A stretch of 64,000 nucleotides of DNA, from IMG/VR virus record IMGVR_UViG_3300024346_000044, positions 1-64,000 of that record; one strand, given 5' to 3'. Positions 1 to 10,310 of this stretch are shown piece after piece. How positions within the stretch are numbered: position 1 is the stretch's first letter; each line of letters opens with the position of its first letter. The position numbers were made by a program, and so were the translations under genes. The notes beneath the pieces are model-generated. The model worked only from the letters and a program-made list of their open reading frames with translations. It was not told where the DNA came from and did no database searches. Source of the stretch: a virus.

Positions 1-59
1 TATTAGAAGAAACAAAAGACCCATACCCAGAGTTTTTTGAAAATGCTTTGTTTGTTTAA
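1..59 (+). CDS. 3' end of an upstream gene (partial, ...LEETKDPYPEFFENALFV*)
   Basis: Open frame from position 3 to TAA at 57-59 with phage-like codon usage; truncated by the window edge. Confidence 0.4.
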   Translation, partial: LEETKDPYPEFFENALFV

Positions 60-78
60 AAAATCTTTCGTATATTAC
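47..78 (+). promoter_or_regulatory. Bacteroidota sigma-A-type early/middle promoter
   Basis: TTTG (47-50), 20 nt spacer, TATATTAC (71-78) preceded by TTCG; same geometry recurs elsewhere in the window. Confidence 0.6.
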
Positions 79-92
79 ATTAAAACATTATT

Positions 93-371
93 ATGGCAAG
101 ACAAAGAAAAGAAGGTTATTTTTGTGAGACAAAAACAATTACGGTTGAAGACCTTGAATATGATTTAATTAGATTTGAAGGAGAAGATTCTTGGAAAATT
201 CACAATTGGGAAGGCCCAGCAGTAAGATCAACAGATGGAGTTAGAAAAAAATCAAGATATTATTTATATGGATTTGAATATGATAAAGAATTATACAGTG
301 AGTCTATAAAAGAAAGAGAAGGTCTTCCTTGGTATAAAAACCCAGCCATGAAAGGGGTTGAAAGATTTTAA
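93..371 (+). CDS. hypothetical protein (92 aa)
   Basis: ORF directly downstream of promoter motif; A-rich leader. Confidence 0.75.
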   Translation: MARQRKEGYFCETKTITVEDLEYDLIRFEGEDSWKIHNWEGPAVRSTDGVRKKSRYYLYGFEYDKELYSESIKEREGLPWYKNPAMKGVERF

Positions 372-372
372 T

Positions 373-912
373 ATGAAAATAGGATTTTGTGGTACAATGA
401 GTGTAGGCAAAACTACACTTGTTAATGCCTTAAAAGAATTAGAAGAATTTAAAGATTATAACTTTAGAACAGAGCGTTCTAAACATTTAATGTCAATGGG
501 TATTCCATTAAATACAGATTCAACATTAAAAGGTCAAACAATATTCTTATCAGAACGAGCAGCTGAGTTAATGCAGGATAATATTATAACAGATAGAACT
601 ATTATAGATGTTATGGCATTTGCCCAATGTTCGGATTCAATGAACTATCTAGAAAAAGATAAATTTACACAATTATCAGCTAGTTTAATACATGAATATG
701 ATTATATATTCTATGTTTCACCTGAAGGGGTGGGAATAGAAGATAATGGTGTAAGGGAAACAGATTCAAAATATAGAGAATTAATAGATTTTACTATTAA
801 TATGTTTTTAGATAGATATCAATATAGAATTAAAAATTTAATTAAAATTAAGGGTACTACAAAAGAACGTATTAAGACTATACAAGAAACACTTTCTCTG
901 CAATATGTATAA
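373..912 (+). CDS. P-loop nucleotide/nucleoside kinase (AAA_28/NadR-like)
   Basis: N-terminal Walker A GTMSVGKTT, ITDRT motif, YDYIFY, DNGVR; ATG 373 preferred over 358. Confidence 0.7.
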   Translation: MKIGFCGTMSVGKTTLVNALKELEEFKDYNFRTERSKHLMSMGIPLNTDSTLKGQTIFLSERAAELMQDNIITDRTIIDVMAFAQCSDSMNYLEKDKFTQLSASLIHEYDYIFYVSPEGVGIEDNGVRETDSKYRELIDFTINMFLDRYQYRIKNLIKIKGTTKERIKTIQETLSLQYV

Positions 913-928
913 CAAAAATATACCCACA

Positions 929-1489
929 ATGAAAAAATTTGATCTTAAAGATGCAATAAAGTTAGAAATTAAAAGTATCCTTACAGAAGGTATAGGCGAC
1001 GATTTAGATGCAAATCAAGAAAAAGTTAATACTTTAAAAGCAGCTATAGATGCTGCAGGAGAAAATCTTGAAGAAGTCTACCAAACTAGATCCAAAATGG
1101 AACAAATAGTTGATCTATTCCAGGAGATGATGGATGATGAATACGATGGAGTACCATATCCAAAAGTATTAAATAGATTAGTTAAATTTATAGATGACGA
1201 CTATAAAGCTGCAGAAAGAGAAGGTGAAAAATTTTTAAATATAAGAGAAGAAGAAGAACCAACAGCAGCAGATTTAAAAAAAGAAAAATCAATAGCTAAA
1301 GAAAAGGCAGATGCTTTAAAAACAAAAGAAGCAATTGATAAAATTAAAAAAGATCTTAAAAAAAATAAGTCTGAACTTCTAAAAATATCAAAAATTGACA
1401 GAAAAGAAAGAACAAAATCTGAGCAGTCATTATTTGATAGTATGGTAGATAAGACTAAAGAATTAAAGAAACTTGAAAAATCTCTTTAG
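929..1489 (+). CDS. acidic/coiled-coil probable internal head protein
   Basis: Late motif ATATGTATAA at 903-912 favours ATG 929; KKFDLKDAIKLEIKSILTE N-terminus with an L-x-E site. Confidence 0.55.
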   Translation: MKKFDLKDAIKLEIKSILTEGIGDDLDANQEKVNTLKAAIDAAGENLEEVYQTRSKMEQIVDLFQEMMDDEYDGVPYPKVLNRLVKFIDDDYKAAEREGEKFLNIREEEEPTAADLKKEKSIAKEKADALKTKEAIDKIKKDLKKNKSELLKISKIDRKERTKSEQSLFDSMVDKTKELKKLEKSL

Positions 1490-2141
1490 AAATATACAAT
1501 CTATAACAATAGTTGTATTACTTATTATTATACTTTTTTTAAGAGAATGCCAAGGAACTAAAATTACATCTCCATCAGAAGAAGGTACAGTAGTAAAGAT
1601 AGAAACTAAGTACGATACTATTGTAAAAACTCTAAAAACTTATGTCCCAGAATACAGAACAGAAGTAAAATGGAGAATTAGAACTGTTCATGATACAATA
1701 GAAGTACATGATACTATCCCTATAGATACTTTATCTATATTAGAAGATTATTTTAAAGCATACGCGTATGCAGACACATTAGCAAAAGATAGTGTTACCT
1801 TTATAATAAATGATACTATAACGCAAAATAAAATAATATCAAGAGGAATAAAATATTCTTTAGTTTACCCTACTACAATAATTTCAAAAGAAAGTGCAGT
1901 AAACAAAAGAGAGTTATATATTGGGGCTGGATTAGGATTAGCAGGTGGTAATTTTAACAATATAGGAGGAGAATTAATACTAAAAACTAAAAAACAAACA
2001 TTGTATGGTATTGGTTTTGGTTTAACTGTAGTAGACATTAATTTAGTACCTACTATATCAGGTAAAATGTATTGGAAAATTAAAATGCCAAAAATTAAAA
2101 AACCTACTATTACTGATTTAATAGACCCAACAATTAAATGA
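1473..2141 (+). CDS. membrane-anchored/lipoprotein, possible spanin-like protein
   Basis: Hydrophobic N-terminus ending LRECQG; C-terminal Gly-rich amphipathic beta strands (YIGAGLG, YGIGFGL, GKMYWKI). Confidence 0.45.
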   Translation: MKNLFRNIQSITIVVLLIIILFLRECQGTKITSPSEEGTVVKIETKYDTIVKTLKTYVPEYRTEVKWRIRTVHDTIEVHDTIPIDTLSILEDYFKAYAYADTLAKDSVTFIINDTITQNKIISRGIKYSLVYPTTIISKESAVNKRELYIGAGLGLAGGNFNNIGGELILKTKKQTLYGIGFGLTVVDINLVPTISGKMYWKIKMPKIKKPTITDLIDPTIK

Positions 2142-3706
2142 GCGATATTAAAAAAATAATAAGACAAGAATATTTAAAATGTGCTTCAGATCCTGTACAT
2201 TTTATGAAAAAATATTGTTTTATACAACACCCTCAAAGAGGTAGAGTTATATTTAATTTATACCCATTTCAAGAAAGAGTATTAAACTTATTTAATGATA
2301 ACCCATATTCTGTTATTTTAAAATCTAGACAATTAGGTATATCTACTTTGTCTGCAGGTTATTCTTTATGGTTAATGTTATTTCATAAGGATAAAAACAT
2401 ACTTTGTATAGCAACGAAACAAGAAACTGCTCGTAACATGGTTACAAAGGTAAAATTCATGTTTGAAAATTTACCTTCATGGCTTAAAATTACAGCACCT
2501 GAAAATAACAAATTATCTTTACGGTTAGCAAATGGATCTCAAATAAAAGCAACCTCAGCGGCATCTGATGCAGGTAGATCAGAAGCAGTATCACTTCTAA
2601 TAATAGATGAGGCAGCCTTTATTGATAATATAGGTGAAATATGGGCTTCAGCTCAACAAACATTAGCTACTGGTGGTGGGGCAATAGTATTAAGTACTCC
2701 TTATGGTACTGGAAATTGGTTTCATAAAACATGGGTAGCTGCAGAAAATCAAGAAAATGATTTTTTACCTATTAAATTACCATGGTTTGTACATCCCGAA
2801 AGAGATCAAGAATGGAGAAACCGACAAGATGATTTATTAGGTGATCCTAGAATGGCAGCACAAGAATGTGACTGTGATTTTAGTACTTCTGGTGATGTAG
2901 TATTTTATGGAGAGTGGATGGAGTTTATTAAAGAAACCACTATATCAGAACCAACCGAAAGAAGAGGTGTTGATCAAAATTTATGGATTTGGGAACCAGC
3001 TGATTATTCAAGAGAATATATGATTACAGCTGATGTAGCTAGAGGTGATGGTAAAGATTTTTCGGCATGCCATGTAATGGATGTATTAACTAATACTCAA
3101 GTAGCAGAATATAAAGGACAGATGCCACCTAAGGAATTTGGATACTTTTTAACTGGTTTAGCTACAGAATATAATAATGCAATGTTAGTAGTTGAAAATG
3201 CTTCAATAGGGTGGGCAACACTAGATGCAATAATTGAGAGAGGGTATAGAAACTTATATCATTCTCCTAAATCAGAACAACTAACGGCACAATCTTATCT
3301 TAGAGTGTACGAGGGCAATAGTGAAATGACTCCGGGTTTTACAATGTCAATGAGAACAAGACCTCTTTGTATTAATAAAATGAGAGAATTTATTGGCGAT
3401 AAAAGTGTAACTATTCGCTCAAAACGTTTACTAGAAGAAATGAAAGTATTCATTTGGCGTAATGGAAGACCAGAAGCTCAAAGAGGTTACAATGATGACT
3501 TGGTTATGTCATTTGGGATTGGTATGTTCCTACGAGACACGTCGTTAAAATTTCAACAAGAAAGTGTAGACAGAGCTAGAGCCGCTTTAGGTGCAGTTAA
3601 GTCTAATAGCACAACTTGGAGTGGAGGATATTCAACTAATAGTGTTGAAAATCCATATAAAATGGACGTAGGTGGTAAAAATGAGAGTATAAAATGGCTC
3701 TTATGA
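2138..3706 (+). CDS. terL: terminase large subunit (T4 gp17-like)
   Basis: LYPFQ, KSRQLGIST Walker A, LLIIDEAAF Walker B, STPYG motif III, ADVARGDGKDFS and NDDLVMS nuclease motifs. Confidence 0.95.
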   Translation: MSDIKKIIRQEYLKCASDPVHFMKKYCFIQHPQRGRVIFNLYPFQERVLNLFNDNPYSVILKSRQLGISTLSAGYSLWLMLFHKDKNILCIATKQETARNMVTKVKFMFENLPSWLKITAPENNKLSLRLANGSQIKATSAASDAGRSEAVSLLIIDEAAFIDNIGEIWASAQQTLATGGGAIVLSTPYGTGNWFHKTWVAAENQENDFLPIKLPWFVHPERDQEWRNRQDDLLGDPRMAAQECDCDFSTSGDVVFYGEWMEFIKETTISEPTERRGVDQNLWIWEPADYSREYMITADVARGDGKDFSACHVMDVLTNTQVAEYKGQMPPKEFGYFLTGLATEYNNAMLVVENASIGWATLDAIIERGYRNLYHSPKSEQLTAQSYLRVYEGNSEMTPGFTMSMRTRPLCINKMREFIGDKSVTIRSKRLLEEMKVFIWRNGRPEAQRGYNDDLVMSFGIGMFLRDTSLKFQQESVDRARAALGAVKSNSTTWSGGYSTNSVENPYKMDVGGKNESIKWLL

Positions 3707-3715
3707 TATTTATAA
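3706..3715 (+). promoter_or_regulatory. late-promoter-like motif ATATTTATAA (portal)
   Basis: One of 19 copies upstream of mostly structural genes. Confidence 0.65.
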
Positions 3716-3727
3716 ATAAATAATAAA

Positions 3728-5605
3728 ATGGCAGATAAAGGACTATTTCCTAGACTTAAAAGATTATTCTCTACAGATGTAGTGATTCGTAATGTAGGTG
3801 GCAATCAACTTAAAGTATTTGATGTAAATTCTATACAAAAAACAGGGAATTTAGAAACAAATGCTCTTATAGATAGATTCAATAGAGTTTATACTAACTC
3901 ATCTACTTCGCTATATGGTGAACAAACTAACTTTAATTATCAATATTTAAGACCCTCGTTATATTCTGATTATGATGCAATGGATACAGATGCTATTATA
4001 GCTTCTGCTTTAGATATTGTAGCCGATGAGTCTACTCTTAAAAATGATATGGGTGAAGTAATAGCAATTAAATCATCTGACGAAGATATTCAAAAAATAT
4101 TATATAATTTATTTTATGATGTATTAAATGTAGAATTTAATCTATGGATGTGGATTAGAAATATGTGTAAATATGGTGATTTTTTCTTAAAATTAGAAAT
4201 AGCAGAAAAATTTGGTGTATATAATGTTATCCCTTACACTGCATTCCATATTGAAAGATTAGAAGGTCAAGATAAAGAAAATCCTGCTGAAATAAAATAC
4301 AGATTTGACCCACAAGGTGTAGCTGCATCTGATTATGGCTATTACAATGCACCTAATCAAGATAGTGGTAGAGGTATATTTTTTGATAATTATGAAATGG
4401 CTCATTTTAGATTATTAACAGATGTTAATTTCTTACCTTATGGTAGATCATATATAGAACCTGCTCGTAAATTATTTAAACAATATACTTTAATGGAAGA
4501 CGCTATGTTAATCCATAGAATAGTAAGAGCCCCAGAAAAAAGAATTTATTATATGAATGTAGGATCTATTCCTCCAAATGAAGTAGATGCATTCATGGAA
4601 AAAACAATTACTAAACTTAAACGTACTCCTTATTTAGATCAAAATACAGGTGAATATAACTTAAAGTACAACATGCAAAACCTATTAGAAGATTTTTATA
4701 TACCAGTAAGAGGTAATGATCAATCTACTAAAATTGAAAATGTAAATGGTTTACAATGGGATGGAATTCAAGATGTAGAATATTTAAGAGATAAATTATT
4801 TGCTGCTCTTAAAGTTCCTAAAGCATTTATGGGTTATGATGAAACAACAGATGGTAAAGCTACATTAGCAGCTCAAGACATTAGATTTGCTCGTACTATA
4901 GAACGTATACAAAGAATTATAACATCAGAATTATATAAAATAGCATTAGTACATTTATATACTCAAGGTTATAGAGATGAACAATTATCTAATTTTGAAT
5001 TATCATTAACTACACCATCTATTATTTACGATCAAGAAAGGGTAGCATTAATGAAAGAAAAGATGGATCTAGCTACTCAAATGACTGACACTAATCTTTT
5101 TCCAACAGACTTTATTTACGATCATTTATTCCATTTAAGTGAAGATAAATTTGATGAATATAGAGACTTAGTTAGAGAAGATGCTAAACGTAAATTTAGA
5201 ATAGCACAAATAGAGGCAGAAGGTAATGATCCATTAGAAACAGGTAAATCTTATGGCACACCACATGACTTAGCTTCATTATATGGAAAAGGTAGAATGT
5301 ATGACGAACCTGGAAATGTCCCAGAACCTGAAAAATATGATGAAAAATCTGTATTGGGTAGACCAAATGAAAAAGCATCTAAAAGAAATACACAAGATGA
5401 TAATTTTGGAAAAGACAGATTAGGAGTAAAAGGTACAAAGGATGATTATAATACTACTAAAAAATCACCATTAGCTTTAGAAAATAATGAATTTTTAAAA
5501 CAAAAAGATATGTTAAAAGCAATTCCTACTAACAAAAAAACCCTAGTATTTGAGGGGAAAAAAGATAAACCTTCATTTTTAGATGAATCTAATATTAAGG
5601 AATAG
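3728..5605 (+). CDS. portal protein (T4 gp20-like)
   Basis: MEDAMLIHRIVRAPEKRIYYMNVG, EDFYIPVRG, DVEYLRDKLFAALKVP, DIRFARTIERIQ; follows terminase. Confidence 0.95.
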   Translation: MADKGLFPRLKRLFSTDVVIRNVGGNQLKVFDVNSIQKTGNLETNALIDRFNRVYTNSSTSLYGEQTNFNYQYLRPSLYSDYDAMDTDAIIASALDIVADESTLKNDMGEVIAIKSSDEDIQKILYNLFYDVLNVEFNLWMWIRNMCKYGDFFLKLEIAEKFGVYNVIPYTAFHIERLEGQDKENPAEIKYRFDPQGVAASDYGYYNAPNQDSGRGIFFDNYEMAHFRLLTDVNFLPYGRSYIEPARKLFKQYTLMEDAMLIHRIVRAPEKRIYYMNVGSIPPNEVDAFMEKTITKLKRTPYLDQNTGEYNLKYNMQNLLEDFYIPVRGNDQSTKIENVNGLQWDGIQDVEYLRDKLFAALKVPKAFMGYDETTDGKATLAAQDIRFARTIERIQRIITSELYKIALVHLYTQGYRDEQLSNFELSLTTPSIIYDQERVALMKEKMDLATQMTDTNLFPTDFIYDHLFHLSEDKFDEYRDLVREDAKRKFRIAQIEAEGNDPLETGKSYGTPHDLASLYGKGRMYDEPGNVPEPEKYDEKSVLGRPNEKASKRNTQDDNFGKDRLGVKGTKDDYNTTKKSPLALENNEFLKQKDMLKAIPTNKKTLVFEGKKDKPSFLDESNIKE

Positions 5606-5639
5606 GAATTCTTATATATTTATAAAAAAATAATCATTG

Positions 5640-6503
5640 ATGTATATAAAACACTCAAAATTCAAAAATACAGGTATATTATTTGAAATACTAGTAAAAA
5701 GGATAACAGCTGACACTTTATCCAATGGTGACTCGCCAGCAATAAACACATTAAGAAAATATTTTGTTAATACCGAATTAGGTAAGGAATATAAACTATA
5801 TGAAATGGTGTTTAAGGGGAAAAATGTCAAAGAAAATAAAGCTAATGCTATATTAAATACTGTGATTGAATCTTCTAAAAAACTTAATAGAACAAGATTA
5901 AGAAAAGAAAAATATAATTTAATTAAAGAACTTAAGGAAAATTATAATACAGCAGATTTATTCAAAACAAAAATATCAGATTATAAAACATATGCTTCAC
6001 TTTATACTTTATTTGAAGTATACAATACTGAAAATCCAACAGATCCTAACCAAATAGTTGATAATAAAGTTATTATTTTAGAACATCTTACAAGCACACC
6101 CATAGAAAGAGATAATGTTAAGGGTGATATTATAGAAGAATTTAAATCATATGATAAGGATGTTCGTATTTTAACTTACAGAATACTATTAGAAAAGTTT
6201 AATGAAAAATATTCAGATTTATCTCCAACACAAAAAAGAATATTAAAAGAATTTATTAATTCTGTAGATAATACTTCATCATTAAAGGATTTTTATAATA
6301 CTGAAGTACAAAATATTAAAAAGACAATATCAGAACAGATTAAAGTTACTAAAGATAAAATCATTCAAATTAAATTAGAAGAAGTTTCTAAATTAATAAA
6401 TGAATTAAATAAAAAAGATAAAGTAAAAACCGACCATTTAGTAGACCTACTCCAATACCACAGTCTTTTAAATGAATTAAACAAAGTTCATGCATCATTA
6501 TAG
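5640..6503 (+). CDS. conserved head-region protein (possible prohead core protein)
   Basis: KHSKFKNTGILFE N-terminus; between portal and protease; late motif at 5616-5625. Confidence 0.6.
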   Translation: MYIKHSKFKNTGILFEILVKRITADTLSNGDSPAINTLRKYFVNTELGKEYKLYEMVFKGKNVKENKANAILNTVIESSKKLNRTRLRKEKYNLIKELKENYNTADLFKTKISDYKTYASLYTLFEVYNTENPTDPNQIVDNKVIILEHLTSTPIERDNVKGDIIEEFKSYDKDVRILTYRILLEKFNEKYSDLSPTQKRILKEFINSVDNTSSLKDFYNTEVQNIKKTISEQIKVTKDKIIQIKLEEVSKLINELNKKDKVKTDHLVDLLQYHSLLNELNKVHASL

Positions 6504-7878
6504 GCTTAAAGAAATAGAAGTAGGTGATACAGCGATTAGAATGGGTAAAAAATCTACGGTTTCTGCTATTGACGATAAAACAGGTAGAATCGAATGGGAT
6601 ATAGTAGATGCTGCTGATTTTTCATCTGTATATAAATCACTATCTAAGGCAAAAGATTTTTTAAGTACATTAGAAAAAGAAGGCAAAGCTAAAGGTGATA
6701 CTGTAATAGACGGATTCGCTAGAGACATAGCCAAATTATTTAATGCATTCAGAACACACGTTAGAAAGACATATCCAAAAGAATACGAACGTGTATCAAG
6801 ATTAAAAGAATCTATTACTGAAGCTAAAAACATGACTTTTGGAGATTTTTTAGATGATTTAGATAATAGATTTGTAGATATTTTAAAAGCTGCTAAAGGC
6901 TTAAATGCTGAAAACAGCAATACAATTGATATGAGAGCTACACTAAATCAAAATTTTACTTTATTTAGAAATTACATATCAGCATTAAAAAAACAATATA
7001 GTGATGAACTAGGGAAAGAATTAACATTTTCTGTAGAAGAAATGTCTACAACTGGTGGTGGTGCCGGAGCTGCTTCATTTAGTGGTGGTACAGGAATGCA
7101 ATACGCTACACCTTATGCTTTTAGATTAAAAGGTAAAAAACCAAACATTAAAGCATATAAAGAAATGGGTTATGAAGAAGTAAAAGAAGACATTTCATTA
7201 GAGGAAATGGAAGAATTTGCTGAAGGTAGAGGTGAAGGTGCAGATAAAATAGCAGAAAATGCTAAAGAAAAAGGTGGTAATTCGATGTTAACGTATCACC
7301 ATTTTAAGGTTAAATCCCCTTACTATAAAGAAGCATCAGATGGTAATTTTAATAAAGACAAATTTACTGAAGAATATAAAGGATTTTTAGAAGAACTAAG
7401 TGAATCTACCAAAGATGGTATGGACATTGACCCAATAGCATTTCAAGAAGTTATGGGTAAAATTGAAGTTTTAGGTGAATTATTAATTGAAAATAAAGAA
7501 CCATTAAACGAAATTAAAGAAGACATTGGGGCTACATTAGGACCAGGACCTAAAGCAAGTAGTGATGGGGTTAAAGATAGTGCATATGTAAAACAATTTA
7601 AATATTCATTAGTTCCTAAAAAAATTAAAAATTCAGGTATTGAAGTAAAACAATTATTTGAAGATGATACCCCACAAGTTAAATTCCAAAAACAAAGAAT
7701 AGAAGCATTTAGTGTAATTGAGAAAGAACTTAACGATATTTATAAGATGATAAGCAACGCAAAAGATGAAACTTTAGATTATTACAATGATAATCCTTCA
7801 TCATATGCAGTTGTTAAATCAACTGATTTAGTCATTGATTATTTAAGAGATATTAAATCTCTACTAAAACCAACATAA
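6490..7878 (+). CDS. probable internal head protein (462 aa)
   Basis: Acidic, modular, several [LI]-x-E sites (LKE, ITE, LNE, LFE); YATPYAF motif; head cluster. Confidence 0.55.
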   Translation: MHHYRLKEIEVGDTAIRMGKKSTVSAIDDKTGRIEWDIVDAADFSSVYKSLSKAKDFLSTLEKEGKAKGDTVIDGFARDIAKLFNAFRTHVRKTYPKEYERVSRLKESITEAKNMTFGDFLDDLDNRFVDILKAAKGLNAENSNTIDMRATLNQNFTLFRNYISALKKQYSDELGKELTFSVEEMSTTGGGAGAASFSGGTGMQYATPYAFRLKGKKPNIKAYKEMGYEEVKEDISLEEMEEFAEGRGEGADKIAENAKEKGGNSMLTYHHFKVKSPYYKEASDGNFNKDKFTEEYKGFLEELSESTKDGMDIDPIAFQEVMGKIEVLGELLIENKEPLNEIKEDIGATLGPGPKASSDGVKDSAYVKQFKYSLVPKKIKNSGIEVKQLFEDDTPQVKFQKQRIEAFSVIEKELNDIYKMISNAKDETLDYYNDNPSSYAVVKSTDLVIDYLRDIKSLLKPT

Positions 7879-8900
7879 TGAAGAGAAAAACATTACAAGA
7901 ACAATATAATTTAATTAAAGAAGGAAAAGGTCACGATAATTCATTTATAAAAGATGCTAAGAGACAATTCCCTAATTTTGTTCGTACATCAGCTAACATT
8001 AATGAAACTATTGATAGTTTAAAACGTAATCATATTATTAGTGAAAATTATGTAGATTTAAAACCTTTAAATAACCCACTTAGTGAAAGGAAAAAAGAAG
8101 GATATGAAACAGCATTTGCTAAATTTCTAGAAGAAGCTAAAGCAATAGAAAAGAAAACATCTAAAGAAGTTGAAGAATTACAAGCGCCTAAAAAAGGATA
8201 CGATTATAAAGATGATAAACTTCTTAATAATGTAGCAGGTGAGCAATTCCGTCAAGGGTACTACACAGAACTTACAGATGAAGCCAATGCAGATAAAACT
8301 AAACAAGAATTAATTGATTTAGTAATTAAAAACTTAGATAAAAATCCATCTTACTATGTAGAAGAAGCTCAATTTGGTGTTAAAGGAATTGGCTACACAG
8401 AAGACTACCCAGGATTAGGTAAAGGTAAAATGGTTAAAGACGCTGGTAAAGGTGGTGGATATGGAGAAGCTACTAAAAAAGACTTTCCTAAAGGAGAAGT
8501 AGGAACAGGGTACTTAGCTGAAGGTAAAAAACCAGGATACATAGCTAAACTTGCTGAAATAGATAAACAATCAAAAGTAGTTGCTTTAGAGGCAAAAATT
8601 GAAGCATTAGCAGAAATTATTTCAACAAAAGAAACAAGAATTTCAATGATATCAGAAGATGAAGATCTTGCTGAATTAATGGATAAAGGTAAAATTAAAG
8701 AAATCCAAAAAGAAATTAAAATTTTGATGAAAGAAAAAGCTAAAATGGAAAAGCTTTACGAAAAAATGCGTGGTAAGAAGAAAGAGGTAATGGAAGAGGA
8801 TACTGAAGTTCAAGAAGATCTAGGTTCAGACGATGTAGTTGATTTAAACGTAGATAATCCTGCAAGAGATGCAGAAATAGGAATGAATTTACCACAATAA
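7878..8900 (+). CDS. probable head/scaffold-associated protein (340 aa)
   Basis: TLQEQYNLIKEGKG N-terminus, C-terminal coiled coil, located before the protease. Confidence 0.55.
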   Translation: MKRKTLQEQYNLIKEGKGHDNSFIKDAKRQFPNFVRTSANINETIDSLKRNHIISENYVDLKPLNNPLSERKKEGYETAFAKFLEEAKAIEKKTSKEVEELQAPKKGYDYKDDKLLNNVAGEQFRQGYYTELTDEANADKTKQELIDLVIKNLDKNPSYYVEEAQFGVKGIGYTEDYPGLGKGKMVKDAGKGGGYGEATKKDFPKGEVGTGYLAEGKKPGYIAKLAEIDKQSKVVALEAKIEALAEIISTKETRISMISEDEDLAELMDKGKIKEIQKEIKILMKEKAKMEKLYEKMRGKKKEVMEEDTEVQEDLGSDDVVDLNVDNPARDAEIGMNLPQ

Positions 8901-8906
8901 GAAATT

Positions 8907-9509
8907 ATGAAGCAAGTACTTATAGAAACACAAATGTTTAAACCTGTTAAAGGAATGCTATCAGAAGGTAAAATGTCTGAAAGTGGTAATCCTTTAGTAG
9001 AAGGTATCTTAGCTACAGCTGAAATTAAAAATGGTAACGGTAGGTATTATTCTAAAGATCTATGGGACAGAGAAATAGACAAATACAGAGAACTAGTAGA
9101 CCAAAATAGAGCAATGGGAGAATTAGACCACCCAGAATCTCAAGTTGTAAATTTAAAAAATGTTTCACACAATATAAAAGATATGTGGTGGGATGGAGAT
9201 AATGTAATGGGTAAGATAGAAATTTTACCTACACCATCTGGAAATATATTAAAAGCTTTAATTGATAGTGGAGTTACTTGTGGTGTATCATCACGAGGAA
9301 TGGGTTCATTAGAACAAAGAGGAGAATTAATGGAAGTTCAAGATGATTTTGAACTATTATGTTGGGATTTTGTATCAACCCCTTCAAATCCGGGTTCATA
9401 CATGAAAACTATTAAAGAAGGAAAAGAAATTAATACTAACCCCTATAAAAAAATAAGTTCTATTATAACGGAAATATTATGCTCAAATGGCAGCTGCCCC
9501 ATTATATAG
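8907..9509 (+). CDS. prohead core protease (T4 gp21-like)
   Basis: KNGNGRYY, GELDHP, NVSH, GVSSRGMGS, WDFVSTPS motifs. Confidence 0.95.
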   Translation: MKQVLIETQMFKPVKGMLSEGKMSESGNPLVEGILATAEIKNGNGRYYSKDLWDREIDKYRELVDQNRAMGELDHPESQVVNLKNVSHNIKDMWWDGDNVMGKIEILPTPSGNILKALIDSGVTCGVSSRGMGSLEQRGELMEVQDDFELLCWDFVSTPSNPGSYMKTIKEGKEINTNPYKKISSIITEILCSNGSCPII

Positions 9510-9513
9510 AACT

Positions 9514-9786
9514 ATGGATGAACCAATATTAATTGCACTCATATCAGCCTTAGGGATTAAAGAAATTTGGAATATCATCAAAAAGAGGATGGACCAAAAA
9601 AATGATCAAATTAAGCGAGAAGATAACTTATCTCTAAAAGTTATAGAAGAACTAAGATCTAAACTAAAAAATCTAGAAGAAAAACAAAACATACTTATAG
9701 AGGAAAATACAGCGCTAAAAATCAAGGTAGCTAGAATGGAAGAACGTATAATTAAAAGTGCGGCCCATAGTAAAAAAAGAAAATAA
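9514..9786 (+). CDS. N-terminal membrane-anchored coiled-coil protein
   Basis: Hydrophobic N-terminus then heptad-rich tail; ATG 9514 avoids overlap with the protease gene. Confidence 0.6.
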   Translation: MDEPILIALISALGIKEIWNIIKKRMDQKNDQIKREDNLSLKVIEELRSKLKNLEEKQNILIEENTALKIKVARMEERIIKSAAHSKKRK

Positions 9787-9894
9787 AAAACTAATCAGTT
9801 TTATAGTTTTCCTCAAGCAATAACAACATACAAAAAAATTTAACTTGTTTCAACAATAGTTGCATTAACTCAATTATTAACTAAACTTTTAATC

Positions 9895-10122
9895 ATGGAA
9901 GAAATAATGAACAAAATAACAGGTTTTTTAGGCGGGATAACAACAATTCTATTATCCTTTGTATCACTAAGTATCTTAGCTGAAGTAATATTCGGGGTAG
10001 GAGTATTTGGTACCAGTGTAGTAGCCAATGTCATGGAGCTTATTAAAGCCCTAGGTGACGGAGGATTTGTTGGGGTCATAGCCCTAATTATTTTAATTCA
10101 ACTTTTTTCAAATAAAAAGTAG
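9895..10122 (+). CDS. small membrane protein (2 TM)
   Basis: Two hydrophobic segments in 75 aa; followed by a terminator. Confidence 0.65.
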   Translation: MEEIMNKITGFLGGITTILLSFVSLSILAEVIFGVGVFGTSVVANVMELIKALGDGGFVGVIALIILIQLFSNKK

Positions 10123-10146
10123 GAGTTAAGAGATAATTGCTAGCAC

Positions 10147-10179
10147 AAAAACCTAGGAAGAAATTTCTGGGTTTTTTTT
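10147..10179 (+). terminator. rho-independent terminator
   Basis: cctaggaa-gaaa-tttctggg hairpin (with G-U pairs) followed by T8, preceded by an A tract. Confidence 0.7.
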
Positions 10180-10310
10180 GACTTTAAATAATTTTCATAT
10201 ACGTATACTCGTAAATATGCCGTTTCTATACGGTATTAGACAAAATGTTTAATTACTATTACGTTTAACACAATAAACGTACTTTCCCAACAAAAATAAA
10301 TTTAGGAAGA

